DNA from: Candidatus Levyibacteriota bacterium
GTDB taxonomy: Bacteria; Patescibacteriota; Microgenomatia; Levybacterales; UBA12049
DNA: 55,514 nucleotides
Direction of reading: 5' to 3'
Assembly (NCBI GenBank): GCA_963790825.1
Contig: CAWBPM010000001.1
Span: forward strand, 1-55,514
Shown: positions 1 to 12,909 of the stretch, piece after piece
Position numbering within the stretch: position 1 is the stretch's first letter
Layout: the number at the start of each line of letters is the position of its first letter
Position numbers and translations under genes: made by a program
The notes under the pieces: generated by a model
Databases searched by the model: none
What the model was told of the DNA's origin: nothing
What the model saw: only the letters and a program-made list of their open reading frames with translations

Positions 1-2088
1 CGACCAGCTTGGTGCAGCAGTGACACCTCCCGATATCAGGCAGGAACCGATCGCTACATCCGAGAGTTCTCCCCAGGTATTTGTTCCCGATCCGTAGAGA
101 AGATCTCCGGTGGTAACGGTTGTCTGTCCTGTACCGCCGTAGAGTGTACCTATAGCACTTCCCTGCCAAGTACCAGTACCAATTGTCCCGACCGTTGTCA
201 GGGAGGAGGAGGTAACACCGGTTCCCAGGGTTGTTGAGGAGAGAACGCTGTTGCCGGCGATCTGGTAAGCACCGCTGACACTGTTAAGGTTACCCGAGTG
301 GTCAAGGGTAAAGACCGTAGTACCGGATGCACTGGCAGTCAGGATATTCTGGTTGCCGGTTTCATTAAGGACGGCAAGGGCTTGACCACTCACAGCATTT
401 GTAATATTTAATCTTGCTAGTGATATATTTGCTTGATTAATAGGGATGTTGGTTATGGTAAATTCGTTATCAAAATTTAAAGTATCTAGCGAACTAAACG
501 TATTTGACTCATTTTTTACTGTTATGCCGCCGCTTCCTCCAGATCCGCCATTATCATTTGCGCAATCCCATGAGTTGGTGGAACCGTTCCATTTTAAAAG
601 TTGTTGGTTAGAGCAGCCTTGAATAAGAGACAAGCCTCCAGCGCTAAACTCCATACCCGATGGAGAAGTAAGGGTAGAGCTTGTTCCTGAACTTGCCAGG
701 CTTACTGTAACTGTCGGGCTCCATCCCTCCCCTGTTAATCCGGTAATTGAAATGCCATTGCCAGAAGTTAGACCATAAACATAATCTCCTGTTGTGTCTG
801 GACCCAATGCTACCGAATCAGGACCAATTATTACATTACCAGTTCCATCAACACTAATAGCACCGGTAAGAGTAGTAAAGGTTGGGACCCCTGACGTACT
901 ACCAATAAGTACTTGACCGGGTGTCGGCGGCAAAGTCGCCTGGATGCTTCCCGTCCCATTACCATAGAGAACTCCGTTACTTGTCAGTGATGAAACGCCT
1001 GTCCCACCGTTTGAAACATTAATAATGCCACTCTTAACTGCACCAGCATCAACAGATCCAGTAGAATCTATCGTAATATTATTTGCTATATCAGAATCAC
1101 TCAAACAACTATCACATCCTCCCCTACTATAAACCGTTGCGAGAGTAGAGTTATCGCTAATTGTAAGTCCTGATATGCTAATATCCGATCCGGCAGATAA
1201 AGATAATGAGCCGGTACTTCCTTGCAAAGAGGTTACACCGGTTACACTGTTAACGGTACCTGTAGCGGTCGCACTGATCGTAGGAGTCTGACCGCCACTG
1301 ATACTAATTCCTGTTCCAGCTTTTAGTCCATAGATTAAATTTGCTGCAAAAACACTTCCTGTACCCGCATCTACTGTATGATTATCGGTAGACAATCCGG
1401 AGTTCAATAAAGCATTACCGTTAACTGTTAATGTTTTTTTAACAGCTACATCATCAAGAAAATCAACGTTTTTTTTAAAAATACTTGGCACCTGAACACT
1501 AAAGACTGGATCCTGGCTGATATTTTGCGCAGCCAACACAGCTTGATTTATATTACGTTCTATTTTTCCCCCTGAGAAATGATTTCCGGGTAGTATTTTT
1601 ACACCACCAATAACCGCAATAAGAGCCAAAAAACTAATAAAGCCCGATAGTAGATATATTCTATTTTTATTCGAGGGAGGAATAGACTGGACAGATTGTT
1701 GTTGCGTTAACTCTAACTCTGGTTCTTGTATTACCACCCAATCATGATCAGTTGTGGTAAAGAAATTTGTTGACTCGGAAGAAATAGACGGAGAGAAAAC
1801 AGAAGTTGTTGATCTGGGTTTATATTCTCCTTGATTAGGTATGGACACAAACGCAGCCTGTGATTGAGTTGTTCCTGATTCTCCAGTTTCTTTGGTCTGC
1901 TCGGGAATGGCTACTTGTTTTTTTTGCTTATTTTTTATTTGCTGAAGATCATTAGAACTATATCGCCTCTGATTTCCTATTGTTCGCTCCGGTACCAGAG
2001 AACCTGCTGCATCCCAGCGGCGAAGTGTTTTCGTCGAAACTCCTAAAAAAGTCGCGGCTTCTTGAATTGTCAGTTGTTTATCACTCAT
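1..2088 (-). CDS. Giant membrane-anchored fibre protein, N-terminal 696 codons only (ORF runs off the left edge): MerR/excisionase-type HTH, Ser/Thr/Gln-rich linker, one TM helix, Gly/Thr/Ser-rich tail-fibre-like ectodomain; paralog of 51458..54937
   Basis: Absent from the ORF track because it has no in-window stop. Hand translation of the reverse strand from the ATG (complement of 2086-2088) gives MSDKQLTIQEAATFLGVSTKTLRRWDAAGSLVPERTIGNQRRY. The absence of any listed minus-strand ORF ending here indicates the frame stays open to base 1. A TM helix IYLLSGFISFLALIAVIGGV is encoded at about 1600-1659. Later segments (SVQVPSIFKKNVDFL, AGTGISISGGQTPTIS) align with the 51458 product (VEIPSIFGGNVEFL, AGTGISVTAGQTPTIS). 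Confidence 0.8.
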   Translation of the reverse strand, partial: MSDKQLTIQEAATFLGVSTKTLRRWDAAGSLVPERTIGNQRRYSSNDLQQIKNKQKKQVAIPEQTKETGESGTTQSQAAFVSIPNQGEYKPRSTTSVFSPSISSESTNFFTTTDHDWVVIQEPELELTQQQSVQSIPPSNKNRIYLLSGFISFLALIAVIGGVKILPGNHFSGGKIERNINQAVLAAQNISQDPVFSVQVPSIFKKNVDFLDDVAVKKTLTVNGNALLNSGLSTDNHTVDAGTGSVFAANLIYGLKAGTGISISGGQTPTISATATGTVNSVTGVTSLQGSTGSLSLSAGSDISISGLTISDNSTLATVYSRGGCDSCLSDSDIANNITIDSTGSVDAGAVKSGIINVSNGGTGVSSLTSNGVLYGNGTGSIQATLPPTPGQVLIGSTSGVPTFTTLTGAISVDGTGNVIIGPDSVALGPDTTGDYVYGLTSGNGISITGLTGEGWSPTVTVSLASSGTSSTLTSPSGMEFSAGGLSLIQGCSNQQLLKWNGSTNSWDCANDNGGSGGSGGITVKNESNTFSSLDTLNFDNEFTITNIPINQANISLARLNITNAVSGQALAVLNETGNQNILTASASGTTVFTLDHSGNLNSVSGAYQIAGNSVLSSTTLGTGVTSSSLTTVGTIGTGTWQGSAIGTLYGGTGQTTVTTGDLLYGSGTNTWGELSDVAIGSCLISGGVTAAPSWS
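194..369. repeat. Inverted copy of the 176-nt core of the fibre C-terminal cassette (matches 54029..54204 and 54560..54735 in reverse complement)
   Basis: Base-by-base comparison of the reverse complement of 194..369 with both plus-strand copies. It has one private difference (gaccActcggg versus gaccGctcggg). At the two sites where the plus-strand copies differ from each other, it agrees with one copy at each site. In addition, bases 1..20 are the exact reverse complement of 54383..54402. Confidence 0.9.
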
Positions 2089-2533
2089 ATGGGCAGCTAT
2101 GAGTTAATGTATAATAAACTTATACAATAAAGCTGTATGTCTAACTTTGTCTAACTATTATTACGACATATAAACATGGGTTTGTCAAGTATCTAATTTA
2201 AGTAGTTTAGCTTCGAAATTTTTACTTAGTATTTATCTTGTGACAATGTGAAAAGGTTGTGAAACTTTTTTGTTCATGTCAATAATAATTCGCAGTAATT
2301 GTTAAGAAGAATTTAAAACAATAAAACTTCTCTTTATCAATTCTTTGCTGCAAGGATATTTCAGGTGAATTTTTAAATATATCAAAAGCATAATATGTAC
2401 ATCATTATTACGTACACAAAAGTCCTCATCAGTGGTGGATTTAATGACGGAATTAGTATGGATAGAGCAAATTTTGCTAAGGTTAGTCTAAGTTTATGTC
2501 CAAGTTTCTTTTTTTTGTCCAACTTCAGTATAA

Positions 2534-3406
<873 letters not shown>

Positions 3407-3474
3407 TTAGAGAGCTTGGATAAACTGAGAAGAGAAAGTATCTCTTTTGAGCCGAATTTCAGTTAAATAAACTT

Positions 3475-4185
3475 ATGTATATTCCACTCATTATTTTTAT
3501 TTCGCTTGTTGGCATCCTACTTTTCTTATGGATTGTTTTTTTCTTTCTCATTTTTGCTTATACCAAACTTGCCAAACGTTTCTATATTTCTGAGCAGCAA
3601 AAATATAGTCTGAGACAACATCTTCAGGAAAGATCGGCAAGCTTGATTGAGGAGGCTCAAGAGAAGGCTTTGGTAATTATTACGGATGCAAACTCTAAAG
3701 CTCAGTTACTTTTAGAAAACACCAATCTATTAGAGAATGATGCAAAAGAGAATTTTAAGAAAGGTTTATTTTCTCTGACAATCGATCAACAGCAAGCGCT
3801 TCAGGTAGCATCGGAACAGCTAAAAAAACAATATCGGACTACAATTGATGCAATCCAACAGGAGAATATCAATGTATTAAAAACAGTATCAAAAGATATC
3901 GAGAGTGATATTGATACTGAGTTAAAAGATTTTACAAAAGCACTTCGTGATGAAACCATTGATTCTCAAAAAATAGCTCAGCAAAAAATTGAAGCTTCTT
4001 ATAAAGACACCGAGCAGGCAGTTGAGAAATACCGGACTGAGAGATTGCAAAAAGTCGATGAGAATATCTTTCAAGTTCTCCGTTTTGTAAGCTTGAAAGC
4101 TTTTGGTAAAGCTCTGTCTCTTGAAACACAACAAGAGCTGGTACTGGAAGCTTTAAATGAAGCAAAAAAACAGAAAGGATTCTAA
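3475..4185 (+). CDS. atpF: F-type ATP synthase subunit b-like protein (N-terminal TM helix plus long charged coiled coil)
   Basis: Hydrophobic N-terminus MYIPLIIFISLVGILLFLWIVFFFLIFA followed by a Glu/Lys/Gln-rich helical region. Position is immediately before delta/alpha. At 236 aa it is longer than typical b subunits. Confidence 0.55.
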   Translation: MYIPLIIFISLVGILLFLWIVFFFLIFAYTKLAKRFYISEQQKYSLRQHLQERSASLIEEAQEKALVIITDANSKAQLLLENTNLLENDAKENFKKGLFSLTIDQQQALQVASEQLKKQYRTTIDAIQQENINVLKTVSKDIESDIDTELKDFTKALRDETIDSQKIAQQKIEASYKDTEQAVEKYRTERLQKVDENIFQVLRFVSLKAFGKALSLETQQELVLEALNEAKKQKGF

Positions 4186-4189
4186 AATT

Positions 4190-4693
4190 ATGAACCCCAT
4201 CCACATCTTCAATCCCATTCTACAATATATCATCACTACTTCGGATGCCGAGCTGCTTTCGGCAGAAATTGATCAATTGTTGGTAGAGTTGTATGACACG
4301 AATGCAGATAAGTTTTCTGAGGCATTTAAAAGTAATTTATCAGCCGAAATAGCAGCCGCATTAAGAAAAGTCTTGGAAAATCAAGGAATTAGTTTCTCAA
4401 ATAGAGAGGAGATGAGAAAGTTTTTGTTGGAATTGCAGAAGGCATTGCGTGCATTACCAGTTCTGTCTCTTACGCTTGCTTTTTCCCCCTCTGAAAAATT
4501 CCTTACCAAGCTAAGTAGCTGGGCAAAAGAACATATGGAAAACCTCGTAATTCTTGAACTCAGTTATGATCCGGAGATTCTTGGCGGTGCTGTTATTGTT
4601 TCTAATGGTCATTATTATGATTTTTCCTTGATGAAAAAACTGGAGAGTATATTCCAGACGTATAAAGATCGAATTATTGAGCTTGGGAAATAA
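4190..4693 (+). CDS. atpH: F-type ATP synthase subunit delta (OSCP)
   Basis: Lies between the b-like gene and alpha. C-terminal segment DPEILGGAVIVSNGHYYDFSLMKKLESI resembles the OSCP C-terminal motif. Start moved to ATG 4190, just after the atpF stop; the track start 4157 overlaps atpF. Confidence 0.7.
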   Translation: MNPIHIFNPILQYIITTSDAELLSAEIDQLLVELYDTNADKFSEAFKSNLSAEIAAALRKVLENQGISFSNREEMRKFLLELQKALRALPVLSLTLAFSPSEKFLTKLSSWAKEHMENLVILELSYDPEILGGAVIVSNGHYYDFSLMKKLESIFQTYKDRIIELGK

Positions 4694-4698
4694 CTATT

Positions 4699-6273
4699 AT
4701 GAAAGATTTTAAATATTATTTAGAAACTTCCGGAGAGGTTGGGTTTGTAGAAGAATCACTGCAATCTATCGCTTATGCGAGCGGTCTACCGAAGGCCTGT
4801 TTACAAGAGATTATTCTTTTTGAAACTGGTGAAACAGGCATGGTTCTCTCACTTAAAAAAGATCAGGTAGAGATTCTCGTTTTTTCTAAATACCCGGTAA
4901 GAGTAGGAACCAAAGTCACCCGAACTAACCAGATCATGCAAATTCCGGTTGGTTTTTCTTATATCGGCAGGGTTATTGATCCTTTTGGCAATCTTATTGA
5001 TAAAATAGCTCCTTTTATTAAACCTGAAGAGTATACACCTATTGAAAGAAATCCTACAGGTATTAATACAAGACGCCGCATTAATAAATCATTTGAAAGC
5101 GGCGTAACCATGGTCGATATGCTCGTGCCGCTCGGATTCGGACAACGGGAACTTATTATCGGAGATAGGAAAACCGGAAAAACGAATTTTTTACTACAGA
5201 CTGTTCTTAACCAGGCCAGGCTTGGGGTTATTTGTATTTATGCTGCGATTGGCAAAAAACGTATGGACGTTAAAAAAGCTGAGAATTTTTTTATTAAAAA
5301 TAATATCATGAACCAGGTGGTGCTTATGGCCTCAAGCTCAGAAGATCCGGTTGGCAATATTTATCTTACTCCTTATGCTGCCATGTCTTTAGCAGAATAT
5401 TTCCGTGATCAAGGAAAGAATGTTTTACTGGTACTTGATGATATGTTTACCCATGCCAAGTTTTACCGCGAGATTTCACTTCTCGGAAGACGATTCCCCG
5501 GTAGAAATTCCTATCCTGCGGATATTTTTTATAGCCATGCACGCCTTATGGAACGAGCCGGTAATTTTATTACTCCACAAGGTGAGGTATCAATCACCTG
5601 CTTGCCGGTTATTGAAACTATTCAGGGCGATTTGTCCGGATTTATCCAGACAAACTTGATGTCCATGACTGACGGGCATATTTATTTTGATATTGATCTG
5701 TTTACTAAAGGCAGACGGCCTTCAATTAATCCGTTTCTCTCTGTCAGCAGAGTTGGAAGACAAACACAAACACCGTTGAAACGAAGCTTACAGCGGGAGA
5801 TTATGAGTTTTCTGACACTTCATGAAACATTGGAAAGTTTTTCCCATTTCGGAGCTGAAGCAACAACAAGTATTAAGGTAACTATGGCTAAAGGAGAAAA
5901 GCTGTTTGGTTTTTTCGAACAGGGTACCAATGATGTAGTTTCGGAAACGCTTCAGATTTTTCTTTTTGCTCTTGTCTGGACCGGTTTATGGGACCAGAAA
6001 CCAAGTATGCAATTAAAAACCGACATCAAAATTATTAGTGAGCGTTATAAATCCGATCTCAAGTTACAGAAACAAGTACAAGAAATCATCAATAAATCCA
6101 TGACGCTGAATGATTTATTGGCAAATTTACAAAAAAATTATAACGATATTCTTACCAACATAGGCTTTTCAGAACTCTCTGGCACTCAAACTACTACGAC
6201 TGATAAGCTTGGAGATGAACAAAAAACAGCGCAGACGGATATGACAAAAGTTACTCAAATAACAACAAATTAA
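4699..6273 (+). CDS. atpA: F-type ATP synthase subunit alpha
   Basis: Walker A GDRKTGKT and LLVLDDMFTHAKFYREISLLGRRFPGRNSYPADIFYSHARLMERA are typical alpha signatures. It carries an unusual Thr/Gln-rich C-terminal tail. Confidence 0.95.
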   Translation: MKDFKYYLETSGEVGFVEESLQSIAYASGLPKACLQEIILFETGETGMVLSLKKDQVEILVFSKYPVRVGTKVTRTNQIMQIPVGFSYIGRVIDPFGNLIDKIAPFIKPEEYTPIERNPTGINTRRRINKSFESGVTMVDMLVPLGFGQRELIIGDRKTGKTNFLLQTVLNQARLGVICIYAAIGKKRMDVKKAENFFIKNNIMNQVVLMASSSEDPVGNIYLTPYAAMSLAEYFRDQGKNVLLVLDDMFTHAKFYREISLLGRRFPGRNSYPADIFYSHARLMERAGNFITPQGEVSITCLPVIETIQGDLSGFIQTNLMSMTDGHIYFDIDLFTKGRRPSINPFLSVSRVGRQTQTPLKRSLQREIMSFLTLHETLESFSHFGAEATTSIKVTMAKGEKLFGFFEQGTNDVVSETLQIFLFALVWTGLWDQKPSMQLKTDIKIISERYKSDLKLQKQVQEIINKSMTLNDLLANLQKNYNDILTNIGFSELSGTQTTTTDKLGDEQKTAQTDMTKVTQITTN

Positions 6274-6278
6274 TTGCT

Positions 6279-8839
<2,561 letters not shown>

Positions 8840-8930
8840 TAGCTATAATAAGCGCTTTCATGCAGTTTCATATAAACGTATTAAAAAATCTAATAACACT
8901 AAGAGTTTTTCTTATGGGTCTTGACATAGA

Positions 8931-8939
8931 TGCTATACT
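8931..8939 (+). promoter_or_regulatory. Extended -10 promoter element TGCTATACT
   Basis: Exact TGnTAnAnT-type box 41 nt upstream of ATG 8980. The same 9-mer occurs upstream of leuS. Confidence 0.4.
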
Positions 8940-8979
8940 TTGTTAGCTTATATATAAGTAATTACCAGTATTACTTAAT

Positions 8980-9210
8980 ATGAATAATATGAATAGTGCT
9001 ATGCCTAATCAAAACATATCAATTGCTAATCTTCCAGATCTTCTTACTGTTCGTGAAGTTGCAGAGGTTCTTCGAGTATCTCCATTAACCATAAAACGCT
9101 GGGGTAAAAGGGGTAAACTGCCAGCAATTCGGATTAACTCACGGGGAGACCGCAGATATAAAAAAGAAGCAGTCCTTTGGCTGTTAGGAATTCAGCAAAA
9201 GAGTGAGTAA
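8980..9210 (+). CDS. Small excisionase/MerR-superfamily HTH DNA-binding protein
   Basis: LLTVREVAEVLRVSPLTIKRWGKRGKLPAIRINSRGDRRYKKEAV is a typical HTH_17-type pattern. The true start may be one of the in-frame ATGs a few codons downstream. Confidence 0.75.
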   Translation: MNNMNSAMPNQNISIANLPDLLTVREVAEVLRVSPLTIKRWGKRGKLPAIRINSRGDRRYKKEAVLWLLGIQQKSE

Positions 9211-9231
9211 TTGAAATCAAGAAGCGTCTTT

Positions 9232-9852
9232 TTATTCTTCTACAACATTGTCTATTGAAAAGTGATCCCACTGCGATTCCGGTACCCATAAATTTGGAAA
9301 ATGTCGCCATTCGTTCCAGCCGATAGACAGCGGTCTTACCCGAATACCATGCTGGTTTAGATAATCCGCAATTTCATTAGGTAAAGATGAAGCAGAATTG
9401 CCATAAATTATAACCGGTTTATTTTTTGCCAAGTTGTTAAAGGCATTTATTAGTTCACTCTCTTTTATTTCTGTACCGGAAATGTTTTTTATTGATAAAT
9501 AAGTAGGAATATTGATCGCTGTTCTGATATGTCCCTTATTAAATTCAGCACTGGAGCGAATATCTACAACTTGGACTTGGTCTTTTTGAAGTTCTTGAGA
9601 AAGTAAAAACGGATCATAACTTTCCTGTAAGGTTCGGGAACAGGAGAAGCAGTCTAGACTTACCGGTGCTGCGGATGGGTGTTTGATCGAACTTGGTGTT
9701 GTTACGAGTAAAAGGAATAAGAATCCGACGATGAAAACTATGCAAAATAGCACAATATAGTTTTTGTACCTAGCCAATAAAGATTTCTTATGAACACTAG
9801 GATATGTGGGTAATTCTATTTTATTTATTTTTGTTTGTTTCTTTTTCCTCAT
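9232..9852 (-). CDS. Membrane-anchored rhodanese-homology-domain protein, apparently lacking the catalytic Cys
   Basis: N-terminal TM helix. VVDIRSSAEFNKGHIRTAINIP and PVIIYGNSASS match the rhodanese fold, with Gly where the active-site Cys is normally found. Confidence 0.75.
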   Translation of the reverse strand: MRKKKQTKINKIELPTYPSVHKKSLLARYKNYIVLFCIVFIVGFLFLLLVTTPSSIKHPSAAPVSLDCFSCSRTLQESYDPFLLSQELQKDQVQVVDIRSSAEFNKGHIRTAINIPTYLSIKNISGTEIKESELINAFNNLAKNKPVIIYGNSASSLPNEIADYLNQHGIRVRPLSIGWNEWRHFPNLWVPESQWDHFSIDNVVEE

Positions 9853-9858
9853 AAATTT

Positions 9859-9864
9859 ATTATA
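9859..9864 (-). promoter_or_regulatory. -10 hexamer TATAAT 6 nt upstream of the rhodanese-gene ATG (possible leaderless transcript)
   Basis: The reverse strand reads TTTATAAT-AAATTT-ATG. Confidence 0.4.
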
Positions 9865-9927
9865 AATAATCTCATTTAATATGCAATCATCCCGCTGGTA
9901 AACTATTCCTTCAATCTATCACAGAAC

Positions 9928-12111
9928 TTATTCATAACGCAATGCATTCAAAGCAGAAATTTTCTTTGCCCTGGCCGCCGGGTACAAACCGGTAATAATA
10001 CCAACGATAAATGACGAGACAATGATGAATATGATTAAGAACAAAGGTATATAAGTAAGTTGCAAATAGCCCTGGCCGTTAGCAATAGCGAATATTGACA
10101 CAAGGAAAGAAAGTAAATCCCCCACCAAAAATCCTAAGGTCAGCCCTCCGATTCCGCCCGCCAAACCCATCATCATTGCTTCGGACAGGAAAAGATCTTG
10201 AATTTCTCCCGATACCATTCCCATTGTCTTCATACCACCAATTTCCCGTGTTCTTTCAAGTAACGAGACAGTAAGCGTGTTAAACATACCTAGTGAAGCA
10301 ACTCCCAATGCTACCATACCCAACAAACCGAGAACCAAGCGCAAATTGCTAAATAGACTTTGAATTTGCGCAACTGTATCTAAGGTGCTCGCCGTATTAA
10401 AACCCAATGTTTCAATTTGTTTACGAACCGCTGTCACATTGTTTTTATCGTCGACAAGAACCTTGAGCTGAGAATAATTGTTTACTTTAAGACTTTTAAT
10501 ATCGCTGAACGGGATATAAAAGTACGGATTACTGTCGTCGCTCACAACTCCGATGATTTTATAAGCAATTTCATCGGTCTCGCCTTTTCCTGGCATGTTT
10601 GGCATCAAAGCCCGTGAAACAATAAGAGAAACACTAAAAGTTTTCCCGACTGCCTGGGTACGCGGAATACTGAATTGATCCAAAAATCCGGTTGTAACAA
10701 TTGCCTGTTTCGAAACACCGCTCGTGAACTGCAAATTTTTCTGGGTGCTGCTATTTTGCTGCGTACCGTTAAGAGTAATAATCTGATTACCGTCAGCACC
10801 TGTTGTAATAGACGCATTCGCAAACATGGTATCCAGTTGGACTGTTGCGGCATCTGTCGCTGTGGGAGTCGATGTAGTGTCTGCAGAAGCGGATGAAACT
10901 GATGTCGTCAAACTACTTTCATCGGTATCATGATTGGTTGTAGAAGCACTGCTGGTTGCTACACCGAGTACTTGTTGAGCGGGTACTAATTCTTGGCCGG
11001 TAATCTGTAATTCATTTGCCTGAATACAAACTTGTTTCCAAACAGGCATTCCATTACTATCAAGTTCCGGCAGAACACTTCCGTCAGTTATTTCGTAGTA
11101 CAGCGGCACTGTTGCTTGAATCCATTTACTGACGAATATTTCCCGATTAGTATCATATGCAAAGTCTAGATTATTATGAATATCATATTCACCTCCCCAA
11201 TATGAAATTCCCCGCATTCCGCCTTCAATCCGTTTAACCACTCCTAAAACCTGTCCGTCGTCTGAACAAGACGACCAAGCTGTAGCATAAAGATCTGGTA
11301 AGATATTGAAATCAATAATTTTACCGTCTACTTTACTACCCAGAGAGGCAAGCGGCACGTGTGTTTCGGCTCCGGCTACTTCCCCAATGTTCGCAAACGT
11401 ATTATTATTATCAAACAGTTTCCCTTGAAGAAGTTTTGCATTGGTTAAAGTAAAATAAGGATTAGTTACGCCGTAAGCAATGATATCTGTTTTAGCATTA
11501 TTAATATTAATTTTACCAACCAACGAAACAGACGGAAGTACCTTTGTTACATGACTAAAACGGGAAATCTTCTGCAGAACCTGCTGTGACAGATGCAGCG
11601 CCGTATTACCTCCGGTAGTAACGTCAATAATTTTCAGCTCGTCAAGAGTGGCAACCTGATTTATGATTAACTGCTCAACGCCATATCCTAACGACAAAAG
11701 TAAAACAATGACACCGATTCCGACAGACATTCCTAAAATAGTAACCAGTGTACGGGTTTTTTTACTCAGTAAATTTTTATATCCGATAGCAATCAAATAG
11801 GAGCGGCTAATATTGGTTTGGCGGTTAACATCAAGCTTCTGGATTAAACTCCCCAGAGGCTTTTGTAAACTCTTATTCCAAAGCAGAATAAGATAGTTAA
11901 CCGGTCTTCCAAGTACTGGAATACTGGCTAACCCGTAAAATACTTTGTGAAGAGAAAAAACAATCAGCAGAATAAAGAAAGCCGAGAAATTAATTGTTGC
12001 CCGAATAATAAACGGTATTCCATGACGAATTAAGTTGAACAACTGGATCCAAAATCGTGGAGTTAACACAATACGTAAAGCCAGAAGATGTGATAAGAGT
12101 TTTTTCATCAT
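9928..12111 (-). CDS. MacB/FtsX-type ABC transporter permease with extra N-terminal TM region and an unusually large extracytoplasmic domain
   Basis: YKNLLSKKTRTLVTILGMSVGIGVIVLLLSLG is the MacB-type first TM. The C-terminal FtsX module is LGMFNTLTVSLLERTREIGGMKTMGM. About 440 aa lie between TM helices, including a Ser/Thr/Asp-rich linker (TSSASTTNHDTDESSLTTSVSSASADTTSTPTATD). There is a 4-nt ATGA overlap with the upstream ATPase gene. Confidence 0.85.
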   Translation of the reverse strand: MMKKLLSHLLALRIVLTPRFWIQLFNLIRHGIPFIIRATINFSAFFILLIVFSLHKVFYGLASIPVLGRPVNYLILLWNKSLQKPLGSLIQKLDVNRQTNISRSYLIAIGYKNLLSKKTRTLVTILGMSVGIGVIVLLLSLGYGVEQLIINQVATLDELKIIDVTTGGNTALHLSQQVLQKISRFSHVTKVLPSVSLVGKININNAKTDIIAYGVTNPYFTLTNAKLLQGKLFDNNNTFANIGEVAGAETHVPLASLGSKVDGKIIDFNILPDLYATAWSSCSDDGQVLGVVKRIEGGMRGISYWGGEYDIHNNLDFAYDTNREIFVSKWIQATVPLYYEITDGSVLPELDSNGMPVWKQVCIQANELQITGQELVPAQQVLGVATSSASTTNHDTDESSLTTSVSSASADTTSTPTATDAATVQLDTMFANASITTGADGNQIITLNGTQQNSSTQKNLQFTSGVSKQAIVTTGFLDQFSIPRTQAVGKTFSVSLIVSRALMPNMPGKGETDEIAYKIIGVVSDDSNPYFYIPFSDIKSLKVNNYSQLKVLVDDKNNVTAVRKQIETLGFNTASTLDTVAQIQSLFSNLRLVLGLLGMVALGVASLGMFNTLTVSLLERTREIGGMKTMGMVSGEIQDLFLSEAMMMGLAGGIGGLTLGFLVGDLLSFLVSIFAIANGQGYLQLTYIPLFLIIFIIVSSFIVGIITGLYPAARAKKISALNALRYE

Positions 12112-12908
12112 AGTCTCAGTTTTGCAAGCAACTTGGGATCGCGCACATTTGTTTCGATACCGCTGCCTGCTTCTCCGATATCTTTCTTACCTCGTAGTGT
12201 CCTAAGTTTGTCTTTACTGTTCTTTGGCTCATACTCTTCTACTACCTGACCATCAATCATATGAAATATTTTTGTCGCATACGGCAAATACTCCAAATCG
12301 TGCGTAACCATTACAATGCTTTTTCCTTCTTCAACCAAATCAAGAAATGTTTTTAATAACTCCTGTCCTGAAACAGTATCCAAATTCCCTGTTGGCTCGT
12401 CAGCTACTATCAAAATTGGATCAATCATGAGAGACCGCACCAAACTTATTTTTTGCTGCTGTCCTGATGATAGTTCAGTCGGTTTATAATCCGCCCATTG
12501 TCCCAAACCCACCTTTTGCAAAAGATTCATGGCTTTTTGTTTCGCTTCCTCAGAATCTTTATGCAAAAGATATAAAGGGAAGGTCACGTTTTCTATAACC
12601 GAAAACGAACTAACCCAAAGCGGCATCTGATAAATAATGCCTATGTGATGCCGGCGGTAATATGCCCGTTCGTCTTCTGAGATGCTGTAGAAATCCTGTC
12701 CATCCAGCATCACTTTCCCGCTGGTCGGGATTTCAAGTCCTAAAAGTGTATGCAGTAACGTAGACTTCCCGCAACCTGACGGGCCGAAAATAATGACAAA
12801 TTCTTTCTTCTTAATATCTACATTAATTCCCTTCAGCACTTCGATATCGCTTCCGCCGACATGGAATGATTTTTTAATTTCAATTGTTTTTAATATGTCG
12901 TCTGCCAT
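12108..12908 (-). CDS. ABC transporter ATP-binding protein (MacB/LolD-like)
   Basis: Walker A GPSGCGKST, signature LSSGQQQ, Walker B ILIVADEPTGNLD, H-loop VTHD. Confidence 0.95.
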   Translation of the reverse strand: MADDILKTIEIKKSFHVGGSDIEVLKGINVDIKKKEFVIIFGPSGCGKSTLLHTLLGLEIPTSGKVMLDGQDFYSISEDERAYYRRHHIGIIYQMPLWVSSFSVIENVTFPLYLLHKDSEEAKQKAMNLLQKVGLGQWADYKPTELSSGQQQKISLVRSLMIDPILIVADEPTGNLDTVSGQELLKTFLDLVEEGKSIVMVTHDLEYLPYATKIFHMIDGQVVEEYEPKNSKDKLRTLRGKKDIGEAGSGIETNVRDPKLLAKLRL

Positions 12909-12909
12909 A

